NCBI GenBank assembly: GCA_043798915.1
Contig: JAZDOG010000056.1
Coordinates: 1-64,000, forward strand
Reading direction: 5' to 3'
Source of the DNA: Pseudomonadota bacterium
GTDB taxonomy: Bacteria; UBA10199; 2-02-FULL-44-16; JAAZCA01
Length of the DNA stretch: 64,000 bases
The translations under genes were made by a program, and so were the position numbers. Shown piece by piece: positions 16,951 through 25,555 of the stretch (position 1 is its first letter; the number at the start of each line of letters is the position of its first letter). The notes under the pieces were generated by a model, which made no database searches, was not told the DNA's origin, and saw only the letters and a list, made by a program, of their open reading frames with translations.

Positions 16951-18954
16951 TTACGGTTGAAACTGAAATCTCTTGAGAAAATCTGCTACCCACGACTCGC
17001 CTGTCAAATCTGCGTTTGAAAAGACATAGGCCTGATATATCCTGCCATTCTTCAGCGTGTAGTACCTCTGCATTGCCCCTGTCGGATCTTCGGCCAAAAT
17101 CCAGTCGATACCATTGTATGAGATCGTCTTAAATGGTTTATGATCGGTCGCCCGCTGCGACTCAAGATCGCCAGGAATCCTCTCCTTGATGAGCGTCTCC
17201 TGCGTCGCACCCGCAATCTCAAAGACCTTGATCGTGAGCGAGGTCATCGGATTGACCGTGTTCTCAGTGATAAAATAGCCAACGCCAATGCCGGGCCATA
17301 CCGCCTTATTCACTTTCGAAAAACCCGCAGGGACGGTGAATATGAGATGGCCCTCGGGAGAGGTGACCACGTTCTCCATCCCGCTGACCTTATGTTCGCT
17401 CTCGGGTATCGCCTTGAGCGCCTGGCCTGAGTAGGCCTGCTTGAATGCGGTGAAGAGGGTTATCCGCCGCACGAGCCCCTTATCATCATAGAAGAACTCC
17501 ATCGCGGCGTTCGTGACTACCTTGAGACCTCCCCAGTTGCTCGTCGCGGGCTGATAGAAATAAGTATCTGTAAGAGCAGTAGACGCATCCGGTTTATTGT
17601 AGGCCTTCTGCACCTTCGCCCTCGAAGAGCCAAATCCAATTCCAAGATTCGTCTTTATCGGGAGGCGATTCTCCGCCAGGAGATCGATCCTTCCGATGGC
17701 ATTCCCTCCCATCAAACCCTGCGAAACATACACATCATCGCCTTGTGCAGCGAAACCGGCAAGGCGCGGGGAAGTCTTTGCAGAAAAGAACTCCTGCATT
17801 CTCCCCATCGGTTCGCCGAGTCTCAACCAGGCGCCATTCGCCATGATGCCAGCCTCCTCCGGCACGATCAAAACAGGCTCTCCCTTTATCGCCTTCTGCC
17901 AATCGCCAGGGACGGGATTGCTGGTTACCGCAGGCTGCTCCATTTTTTTTGCGATTTCAGGCGCGAGACCTGGGCCAGATAGCGGGTATTTGTAGGGCGT
18001 TGCTGCGGCAGCCTCATCCTGGACGACAACCGGGATCGGGCCGGTCGGTTTGACGCTCGGATCCTTCAGATACGCAGCGATCTCCGGCGGGGTCGGTCGA
18101 TCGTACAGGACCCAGGCGTTATGGACGAAGTTCGTGAAGATATCGTAATCGATCCAGGCAAAACCGCCGTCGCCCCACTGCGGCCCCCACGAGTTCATGA
18201 CCTTCAATGCATGTTTTTTATCATCGTAGCCCACGGCGACCATGTGATGACCATCTGTGATCTGCTCAGGAGTGACCGGGGTTCTCAGGACCGGATCCTT
18301 CTTTCTGAGGGCCTTGAAAGCCTTGCCGTACTGGACGTCTATGCCCACAGGTTCGCCCGACGCGAGCATCGCTTTGATGGGATAGATATCATTCACTTCG
18401 ATGGTGCGAAACCCAAGGATACGGAAATAGCGCCCGAGCTGTTTTACCTCAGCGGATGGCTGGGTCTTCTCATCCGTGTCGATGAAGGGAAAGATCAACC
18501 AGGGAACGGCCCCATCGGTCACCAGAAAATTCAGAAAATTGAGGAAGGGCTCCTTCTCGCGCCTGTTGCTGCCGGTATACTGGTTGTGCATGAAGGCGGG
18601 GCTGAATATATGGCTATCACCATAACCCCAGCCGAGTTCTCGCTGTTTCTGAAAGCTGCGGATGGCGTACGTGGTCGCCCAGGCGTAACAGGACAGGGAG
18701 TCGCCCTGACTTCTGGGCAGCGGAAAGCCTGGGCTTAAATCCACCGAAGCCGGGAGGTTGGCAAACGGTTTGCCGCTGATCGAGGTGAAGCTGCGCACCA
18801 TCTTCACCTTCTCGATCTTGAGATATTCCTCGGGCGACATCTTGATGGCGCCGGTGCTCATTTTTATGGGTGGGCCAGACGCGGCCTCCTGGGCGACCAA
18901 TATTTTGGGGACGAGCGCGATCAGGACCAATACAGGAAGGAGATATTTTTTCAT
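16951..18954 (-). CDS. Secreted C1 (papain-like) cysteine peptidase with long C-terminal extension
   Basis: LPASVDL, QGDSLSCYAWA, HHMVAVGYDD, NSWGPQWGDGG; signal peptide MKKYLLPVLVL. Confidence 0.88.
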   Translation of the reverse strand: MKKYLLPVLVLIALVPKILVAQEAASGPPIKMSTGAIKMSPEEYLKIEKVKMVRSFTSISGKPFANLPASVDLSPGFPLPRSQGDSLSCYAWATTYAIRSFQKQRELGWGYGDSHIFSPAFMHNQYTGSNRREKEPFLNFLNFLVTDGAVPWLIFPFIDTDEKTQPSAEVKQLGRYFRILGFRTIEVNDIYPIKAMLASGEPVGIDVQYGKAFKALRKKDPVLRTPVTPEQITDGHHMVAVGYDDKKHALKVMNSWGPQWGDGGFAWIDYDIFTNFVHNAWVLYDRPTPPEIAAYLKDPSVKPTGPIPVVVQDEAAAATPYKYPLSGPGLAPEIAKKMEQPAVTSNPVPGDWQKAIKGEPVLIVPEEAGIMANGAWLRLGEPMGRMQEFFSAKTSPRLAGFAAQGDDVYVSQGLMGGNAIGRIDLLAENRLPIKTNLGIGFGSSRAKVQKAYNKPDASTALTDTYFYQPATSNWGGLKVVTNAAMEFFYDDKGLVRRITLFTAFKQAYSGQALKAIPESEHKVSGMENVVTSPEGHLIFTVPAGFSKVNKAVWPGIGVGYFITENTVNPMTSLTIKVFEIAGATQETLIKERIPGDLESQRATDHKPFKTISYNGIDWILAEDPTGAMQRYYTLKNGRIYQAYVFSNADLTGESWVADFLKRFQFQP

Positions 18955-19135
18955 GCCGACTTGTATACTATTCTTTGGATAATAAGCCAAGCGGTCGATC
19001 AGTTCATATGGACTATTGACGCCTCTTCCCTCCTGACAATCTCCCAAGGCTCTCCTGTGCAAGGGTGTCGCCATGCGCGGCTGTGACGACCTACACATAC
19101 AGCGCAGCGAATGGCACATTCCAGTGAGGATGTGG

Positions 19136-19149
19136 AACCACCGGTCACG
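19136..19149 (+). repeat. Junction repeat, partial arm at the right edge of the accessory region
   Basis: aaccaccggtcacg, identical to 2190-2203. Confidence 0.7.
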
Positions 19150-19176
19150 CGCCATATTGCCCCGTTGCCGATAGTC

Positions 19177-19210
19177 AAAAGGCCCCCAAATCGGGGGCCT
19201 CTATTTTTTT
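19177..19210. terminator. Intrinsic terminator downstream of the cold-shock gene
   Basis: aaaaggccccc-aaatc-gggggcct followed by a T-run. Confidence 0.75.
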
Positions 19211-19231
19211 CACCATCGATGAGCGTCCTCG

Positions 19232-19426
19232 TTATTTACGGCTGACATTTTCAGCGCGGGGACCTTTGTCGCTCTGGCCTATCTCAAACTCAACCTTGTC
19301 GCCTTCTTTGATCGGCCCGTTCTTCACAGAGGTGGAGTGCACGAAAAGATCTTTTCCACCATTGTCGGGCGTGATGAATCCAAAACCCCTCGCTTCATTG
19401 TAAAACTTGATGGTGCCGGTTTCCAT
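19232..19426 (-). CDS. cspA: Cold-shock protein
   Basis: GTIKFYNEARGFGFI, DLFVH, GPRAENV; RBS aggagg. Confidence 0.93.
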   Translation of the reverse strand: METGTIKFYNEARGFGFITPDNGGKDLFVHSTSVKNGPIKEGDKVEFEIGQSDKGPRAENVSRK

Positions 19427-19644
19427 ACGATCTCCTCCTGAAGTTTCGGTTATAGAGCAATCTATAACGATGACAAGCTCCCATGTACGCGACTTGACGG
19501 ATGTTTGCAACTATCATTCGCACAGCTATCTCTGCCCGTCGGCCCCCGCTTCGCAATGGGTGCTTTGAATCTGGCAAAATCGCATTTCCGCTTGAAACGC
19601 CGCAGCCGCCCGCTTATAGGAGGCTTGAGACCAGGAGTGACGAA

Positions 19645-20145
19645 ATGGACTTCATCTCACACGGACTTTGGGGCGGATTAGCCTTCGGAAGGAGGAACAG
19701 GCGGGATTTCTTTCTGGCCGTCCTCTTCGGCATCACGCCGGACGTCTTGTCCTTCGGCATCTTCTCCTTCATGCGCATCGTGGGACTCGCCAGCGGGATC
19801 GACTGGTCGAACGGCCCTCCGAGCGAACACCTGATCCCGCAATACGTTCACCTGCTCTACAATTTCACTCACAGCCTCGTCACCGCAGCAGCCGCGTTCC
19901 TGATCGTCTATATCGTCCGAAGAAAGATAATCTGGCCCATGCTGGCGTGGCCGCTGCACATACTGATGGACATACCGACGCACTCCACGCGCTTTTTCGC
20001 TACTCCATTTCTCTGGCCGATATCGAACTACCGCTTCGATGGAATAAGCTGGGGCAGGCCCTACATATTACTTCCCGACATCGCCATCCTGGCAATCCTC
20101 TACACGATCTACTTTATCTGGAATCGATCGACGCGGAAGCCCTGA
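19645..20145 (+). CDS. Membrane-bound metal-dependent hydrolase (YdjM-like)
   Basis: SHGL, PDV, THSL, HILMDIPTH, LWP. Confidence 0.75.
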   Translation: MDFISHGLWGGLAFGRRNRRDFFLAVLFGITPDVLSFGIFSFMRIVGLASGIDWSNGPPSEHLIPQYVHLLYNFTHSLVTAAAAFLIVYIVRRKIIWPMLAWPLHILMDIPTHSTRFFATPFLWPISNYRFDGISWGRPYILLPDIAILAILYTIYFIWNRSTRKP

Positions 20146-20203
20146 ATTCTTCAATCAAACTTGCTCCGTCACCATGGGCGTTCCGTAACAGAAGATTTAA
20201 GAT

Positions 20204-21232
20204 CTATTTCAGTGCGCGCCTGACATCATCAGAAAGGGATTCCAGAGAATCATGGAGAGCCCTCTCCCACTTCCTGCCGGCCTTCATGGCAATGTGGAGA
20301 GCTGCTTTCAACTCCCGTGATCGCTCTTCGGCGAGAACCGCGATCAGCTGACCGGCCTGATGGAGATCCTTCTCCTTTTTTCCGGTCTCCGTCACGGAAC
20401 GATACGCGGCGACGATGAGCTTGTGAATCGCAAACCGTTCCGGACGAGGGACCGTCACAGGAATGCCTCCGCCGGGCGCAACCAGGACGGCATTAACTGG
20501 GTCTTCGATCGCATAATCGAGAAAACGAAGGGCCGTTGCTCCGGCTCCTGCAACCCGGGGCATGCGAACTGCATCCCTGGCCTTTCCGCGCAGCGGAACA
20601 AGGAAGTCGATGCGAATGCCATCAGCCGTTACATATGATGAAGGGAGCGCCTTCTTCGACAGGGAGGGCACTGTCCTGCATTCCAGCCCCCGCTCGGCAA
20701 TGAGTGCGTTGAGATCGACGATGGGCAGAGCCAGCTCGACGCGATCGTCCCTCGCAATGTCGATGTCCTGCGTCATCAATGTCGATTTCTCGAACACATG
20801 CCCAAGCATGCCCGAATATGCGGCGTATGCGAGCGTCCCGACCAGGACGCCCCCGCGATGAATCAAGCCCACCTCTGAAAAACGGCTGAGGAGAAGCGCC
20901 ATGCGTCGATCTAGAACGGGCAGGCCGCTCCTTCGAAGCATGGCGGCCTGCCTTGATTCGACGGCAACGAGTTTCTTGAGCATCGCCTTGCCATTGCGGC
21001 TGTCCTGTCGCCCTTCCGAAACGCGCCGATCGTTTTCTTCGTTTGAGGGGCCAAAATACGCCTGCCGCGCCTGGCCGCCCTCGTAGCGCTGTTCGTACCA
21101 GTAGACCCTTCCCTTGACGGTCTTGCGGACATACGTCTTCGCGGCAGAGTGCTGCGCCTCAAGGGCAGCGCGCGCACGCGCCGTTTCCTGAAACTCCGCA
21201 AAGAGGGTTTTCGCCGCCAGGTCGAGCTGCAT
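20204..21232 (-). CDS. GSU2403-like nucleotidyltransferase-fold protein
   Basis: VKGRVYWY N-terminus, LVGTLAY..Y, TQDIDIA, P.PERFAIHKL, KDL.QA. Confidence 0.75.
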   Translation of the reverse strand: MQLDLAAKTLFAEFQETARARAALEAQHSAAKTYVRKTVKGRVYWYEQRYEGGQARQAYFGPSNEENDRRVSEGRQDSRNGKAMLKKLVAVESRQAAMLRRSGLPVLDRRMALLLSRFSEVGLIHRGGVLVGTLAYAAYSGMLGHVFEKSTLMTQDIDIARDDRVELALPIVDLNALIAERGLECRTVPSLSKKALPSSYVTADGIRIDFLVPLRGKARDAVRMPRVAGAGATALRFLDYAIEDPVNAVLVAPGGGIPVTVPRPERFAIHKLIVAAYRSVTETGKKEKDLHQAGQLIAVLAEERSRELKAALHIAMKAGRKWERALHDSLESLSDDVRRALK

Positions 21233-21300
21233 GATAGTTATACGTTATCACAGGAAATACACCTGAGTCAACGTATAACCAGCTGAATTCGGTGTGCCGG

Positions 21301-22242
21301 TCACACCACAAAATCCTCAGGCACGAGGAGTTTTTCGATCCCCTCGTACACCGCAATCAGGTGGCGGACCTTTGAGACGAAGTCGATCTTCGAGACGTCG
21401 ATCTTGAGGACGGGGCCGGTGTACCAGCCCGCGTCCCTCACGACGTCGACGAACTCATCGTATCTCGTGTTGAGGGCCCGGACGAGCCGAGCAACGCCCT
21501 CCGGTATGTCGGCCTCCTGGCCCACCGCGCCGCCCTTCTCCTCGTCGCGCTGGCGCTCGCGGATATTCTGAAAGAGATATTCCAAGGGACCGTGGAGGAC
21601 GACGAGCAGGCTCGGCCCCGGGAGCGACCTGAATTCGCTGTCCAGGCGCCGGTCTATGACATGGAGATCGTCCCTCGTGAGATAGGAGACATCCATGTCG
21701 CGATGGAGCACCTCGCAGAACGCGTATCTGTCCGCCAGCGCCGTGCCGTCTATGCACGTCGAGTTGTTGAGATTGGCCGCGACCTGCAGCTGCATCCTGC
21801 GCAGATCCAGGTAGGAGTGCTGGATGTCCAGCGCACCCTTCTCCAAGTTCCTCTTCGCGATCATCCACGCCGGGCTCTCTACGGCCTCCCTCGCCTGGCA
21901 TCTGATGAAATCGTCGATCGCGCCGTAGTATCTGCCGAGCGTCCTCTTCGCCGAGTCCTTCGCCGTGCCCAGAAGCGGAGAGAACGACTCGTCCTGGACG
22001 AAGTGGTCTTCGAAGCCCTCGTCGGGCAGCTCGAACATCGCGTTCATGCCGGTGTTAAATGCGAGCACCTTGATGAGCGAACTCTTTCCCGCCCCGATGT
22101 TACCCACGCACGTTATCAGGCAGCGGTTCCTGGAAAAATACTTCATCAGGCGCCTGACCACGGTGGTGAGCCTGTGCGGAATCTGGTGCCGCTTGATCTT
22201 CGGCGCCTCGGCTAACTCAAGGATGCTGCCCTGATTGCTCAT
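21301..22242 (-). CDS. Deoxynucleoside kinase-like protein (second, divergent)
   Basis: P-loop GNIGAGKSS; NIRERQRDEE lid; LN.RY. Confidence 0.72.
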   Translation of the reverse strand: MSNQGSILELAEAPKIKRHQIPHRLTTVVRRLMKYFSRNRCLITCVGNIGAGKSSLIKVLAFNTGMNAMFELPDEGFEDHFVQDESFSPLLGTAKDSAKRTLGRYYGAIDDFIRCQAREAVESPAWMIAKRNLEKGALDIQHSYLDLRRMQLQVAANLNNSTCIDGTALADRYAFCEVLHRDMDVSYLTRDDLHVIDRRLDSEFRSLPGPSLLVVLHGPLEYLFQNIRERQRDEEKGGAVGQEADIPEGVARLVRALNTRYDEFVDVVRDAGWYTGPVLKIDVSKIDFVSKVRHLIAVYEGIEKLLVPEDFVV

Positions 22243-23008
22243 ATGCCTTCCTTCGGGCGGCGACCATCCTCCTCACCTTTTCGCGGATGGTCGCGGCCGC
22301 CACGTGGACGTAGTCCGGGTGCTCGTACATGTCGATCTCCGCCGGCAGGATCATGATGTCCGCGTCCGGCGGGACGATCGCGCGCTCCTGATACTTGAGG
22401 AGCATCCCCCGCCAGTTCGTGACGACGTTCTCGTAGCAATCGTGAATCTCTTTCAAGTACTGCTCCGTGATCGTGCTGGCGTAGCTGTCGCCGCCCCCGG
22501 CCCTCTTCGCCCTCCTCTTTTCCAGAAGGACCGGCTCGGAGCGGAGATAGACGGTGAGGTCGGGCAGGCGGATGCGTTCATTCTGAAGCGTCTGGTAGAA
22601 GATCGTCTTGTAGAGCCTGGCATGCGCCTTGGGCATCTCGCCGGAATGGATCATGCGCCGGACGAAGACCTCCGGCCCGTCGAGGAACGGCCTGTCCTCG
22701 ACGATCAGCACGCCGCGCTTGTTCTCGCGCGTCATCAGGTGGCGGATCTCCCTCTGCTGGAGCGTGCGCATGTAGAGGAACGCCGTCTCCGTCGGAAAGA
22801 TGTTTGCGACGCGGTCCTTGTAAAAGAGAGAGAGGCACTCGTCGGTGAGAGAGCCCTGATCGACGCGCTCAGAGAAGGCATGCATCTCCGACCCGCCGAG
22901 GAGCTCCTGCAGCTCTGTTTTGTATGGATCCTGCGACAACGCATTCATGAGCGTGGTCTTGCCCGAAAACAGATTGCCCATGATGCCGATGTGAAAATTA
23001 TTTATCAT
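22217..23008 (-). CDS. Deoxynucleoside kinase-like protein
   Basis: P-loop GNLFSGKTT, EDR motif, PDLTVYL, YL.EIH..YE. Confidence 0.8.
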   Translation of the reverse strand: MINNFHIGIMGNLFSGKTTLMNALSQDPYKTELQELLGGSEMHAFSERVDQGSLTDECLSLFYKDRVANIFPTETAFLYMRTLQQREIRHLMTRENKRGVLIVEDRPFLDGPEVFVRRMIHSGEMPKAHARLYKTIFYQTLQNERIRLPDLTVYLRSEPVLLEKRRAKRAGGGDSYASTITEQYLKEIHDCYENVVTNWRGMLLKYQERAIVPPDADIMILPAEIDMYEHPDYVHVAAATIREKVRRMVAARRKAYEQSGQHP

Positions 23009-23088
23009 GATCCCCGCTTGCCGGACGCGAATGATGGGTTAGCAGACGTCCGCGTCACCGTCAAACGAGTTTTTTCTTTGACGAGCCC

Positions 23089-23655
23089 TTATGAGGGATC
23101 CCTGCCGATTATGCTCCCTATCTCCGCGCAGGCCCGGTCCAGAACGTCGTTTACCACCTGATGGTCGAACCTGTCTTTGAAGGTCATCTCGGTGAGGGCG
23201 TTTTTCAGACGGAGCGCCTGGACTTCGGCCAAGTCGGTGCCCCGCAGCGCGAGGCGCCTTTTGAGCTCATCCATCGTCGGAGGGACGAGAAAGATCGAAA
23301 TCGCCCGGCCGCCGTATATCTTTTTCAGACTCAAGCTCCCCACGACGTCCACGTCGAGGAGGACGTCCGTTCCGGCTGCGAGCCAGGCCTCCAGAGGGGC
23401 GTTGGGCGTCCCGTAAAAATTATTATGGACCTCCGCCCACTCCGCAAATTTTCCGTCATCTATGCCTTTGCTGAATTCTTCGCGGTCGATGAAGTGATAA
23501 TCCCTCCCGTCCACCTCTCCCTTGCGGATCGGCCTCGTGGTGCAGGATACGGAGTGGATCATGTCAGGATGCGCGGAGAGAAACCTGTGGATGACAGAGG
23601 TCTTGCCCGTCCCGGAGGGCGCAGTGACGATGATCAGGCGGCCTTTTCTTTTCAT
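23089..23655 (-). CDS. gmk: Guanylate kinase
   Basis: APSGTGKTS, SVSCTTR, GEVDGRDYHF, EWAEVH.NFYGT. Confidence 0.96.
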   Translation of the reverse strand: MKRKGRLIIVTAPSGTGKTSVIHRFLSAHPDMIHSVSCTTRPIRKGEVDGRDYHFIDREEFSKGIDDGKFAEWAEVHNNFYGTPNAPLEAWLAAGTDVLLDVDVVGSLSLKKIYGGRAISIFLVPPTMDELKRRLALRGTDLAEVQALRLKNALTEMTFKDRFDHQVVNDVLDRACAEIGSIIGRDPS

Positions 23656-23658
23656 TTT

Positions 23659-24282
23659 CTACCAGTTTTTTGCCCGGCACACCGCGTTGCGGCTGCACTC
23701 CACAGGGCAGCTATGCCAGAGGCCAATCAGGTGAAGATTGGCATCGGACTCGAGTTTCAGGAACGCATCCCTCTCCGCGTACTCCTTCGAGCGGTCGGCC
23801 AGCACAAATCCTCCCGCGATGAGATCTGCGTTGATCAGCCGGCCATCGATGTAGAGGTAGATGCGCTTTATCCCGCGGCTGTCGCGCAGCCCCTGCACCC
23901 TGTCATAGCCATAGCCCACGGTCTTGCCCAATATCGCATTCTCCAGAAACGACGCGGCCTCGATTGAATTGCAGTCCCTGGGCTTTCCCCACCACCAGCG
24001 CCTCGGCGCGGCAACGCCGAGAAGATGCATGCGGTGGCGGTCTATCTCGACAGTGCCTCCATCGACGACGCGCGTGACCCTGCCTTCGAAAAGATTCCCC
24101 GTTATCGGCGTTCCCGCCATCGCTTCAGCAGCCGTCGGCTCGCCTGTTGCGGCAGACTCTCCGACATCGTCTGCCTTGGCCTCGCCATTTGAAACCTCTT
24201 CGGCATGCGCGGACACCGGGACGATAAGCAAAAGGAGCATGAGCACGACTGCCATTCGATGTATCATCCGTTGCCTCCGCAA
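23659..24282 (-). CDS. Secreted thermonuclease (SNase)-fold protein, probably inactive
   Basis: VTRVVDGGTV, LLGVAAP, INADLIAGG, E..A....GLW; exact start uncertain. Confidence 0.72.
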   Translation of the reverse strand: MRRQRMIHRMAVVLMLLLLIVPVSAHAEEVSNGEAKADDVGESAATGEPTAAEAMAGTPITGNLFEGRVTRVVDGGTVEIDRHRMHLLGVAAPRRWWWGKPRDCNSIEAASFLENAILGKTVGYGYDRVQGLRDSRGIKRIYLYIDGRLINADLIAGGFVLADRSKEYAERDAFLKLESDANLHLIGLWHSCPVECSRNAVCRAKNW

Positions 24283-24330
24283 CTAACTCAAGGGGAACAT
24301 CGTGCCAGCAACGCGCCGCCCGTTCAAGTT

Positions 24331-24358
24331 AAAATAAAAGCCCCGCGATCGCGGGGCT
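24331..24358 (-). terminator. Intrinsic terminator
   Basis: agccccgcgatcgcggggct hairpin with an A-run on the plus strand (U-run on minus). Confidence 0.7.
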
Positions 24359-24386
24359 CATCAGGACAACGCGGCCAGCATTTGAT

Positions 24387-24569
24387 TCAGAACTTCACAT
24401 GAAATCCGACGAAGATGCCTCCCCCCTTCACCGTCACCTCAGCCATCGCAATGTTGCCGTAACCGCCCTTGAGCGGGTTCTTGAACGGAAACTCCTTCAG
24501 GCTGGTCTCCACGCCCTCGGGCCTCTCCGTGATTTTCTCAGCCCTCTCTCCACGGCTCTTAAACTTCAT
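24387..24569 (-). CDS. Small hypothetical protein (60 aa)
   Basis: Strong RBS (gaggagg) and a downstream terminator; fills the intergenic space. Confidence 0.5.
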   Translation of the reverse strand: MKFKSRGERAEKITERPEGVETSLKEFPFKNPLKGGYGNIAMAEVTVKGGGIFVGFHVKF

Positions 24570-24660
24570 GGCGCGCGCCTCCTCTCGAATGCGGAATTAT
24601 TATACCACAAGGCGCGGCAAATCGGGCCTCAAATATTGAAAGCATTAAGTCGCAGGCGAT

Positions 24661-25218
24661 TTACGATATGAGGGAGGCTTTTGCAGAGAAGGCCCTGTTA
24701 AAATAGCTGTAGTAGGCGAGGACCTTCTTCACATAGGAACGCGTCTCTTTATAGGGGGGAACCCCGTCATGCTGGGCGACCGCGCCCGGGCCGGCATTGT
24801 AGGCGGCGATGGCCATCACCATATTTCCGTCGAAGGTATCGATGAGCTCGCGCAGATACTTGCTGCCCGCATTGATGTTCTGCCGGGGATCATAGGCGTT
24901 CCCGAGCCTCAAATGCCTCTGCGTGGATGGAACGATCTGCATGAGGCCCCTGGCGCCCGCATTGGAGACGGCCTTCGGGTTGAAATTGGATTCCGCCTGG
25001 ATGACTGCGGCTATGAGCGCCGGCTGGACGCCGTAGCTGCGGGCGGCTGCCGCAATGGCATCTCCATAGCGAACATTGCAGGGGATGTCAGGGATATCCG
25101 CCATCGCGGCCCGGGGTTCCATGTGGCGCCCGTAATAGAAGCAGAGCACATGGAGCAGGGCTATTCCAAGGATGTTATACGCCACTTTCTTAAGCTTTGG
25201 ATGTTTGTCGTTTCGCAT
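24661..25218 (-). CDS. Lytic transglycosylase (SLT domain)
   Basis: AESNFNP.AVS.AGARGLMQ, AAYNAGPG, PPYKET. Confidence 0.92.
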   Translation of the reverse strand: MRNDKHPKLKKVAYNILGIALLHVLCFYYGRHMEPRAAMADIPDIPCNVRYGDAIAAAARSYGVQPALIAAVIQAESNFNPKAVSNAGARGLMQIVPSTQRHLRLGNAYDPRQNINAGSKYLRELIDTFDGNMVMAIAAYNAGPGAVAQHDGVPPYKETRSYVKKVLAYYSYFNRAFSAKASLIS

Positions 25219-25232
25219 GGTGTAAGTTAGTA

Positions 25233-25248
25233 TGCAAGCCGCGTGCCA
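25233..25248 (-). promoter_or_regulatory. Sigma54 promoter (proximal)
   Basis: Minus strand TGGCAC-GCGGC-TTGCA. Confidence 0.75.
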
Positions 25249-25257
25249 AGGGGCACA

Positions 25258-25273
25258 AGCAATATCCGTGCCA
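25258..25273 (-). promoter_or_regulatory. Sigma54 promoter (distal)
   Basis: Minus strand TGGCAC-GGATA-TTGCT. Confidence 0.75.
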
Positions 25274-25285
25274 CAATGACAGTAA

Positions 25286-25298
25286 TAACTACTTGATA
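25286..25298 (-). promoter_or_regulatory. IHF-consensus site
   Basis: Minus strand TATCAAGTAGTTA matches WATCAANNNNTTR, just upstream of the sigma54 sites. Confidence 0.6.
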
Positions 25299-25555
25299 TA
25301 ATGAAAGTTTTTAAGACGACCCGCAGCCGCATGCCAGAGGCCATGGGGTCTGCCTTCCACCTTTGGAGTGCCCAAGTCACCCGACCAATCGTTATACGTC
25401 TTAAGGTGAAGCCGCTCCTAGCCCGGCGCAGCGGCACCTGTCAACCCTTTATTTCTTAATTTATTGAAAAATAAGAACTTTAATGCTACGGCCTTCGGCT
25501 GCAACAACCTGTTAATGATGACATATCAATATTCAATATGTATATTCACCACGCT

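Noticed and set aside
2189..19149. CRISPR array
   Set aside because: Repeats are separated by whole genes and occur in both orientations; no regular spacers or cas genes.
24297..24310. TGGCAC on the minus strand as a sigma54 promoter
   Set aside because: No GC at the -12 position.
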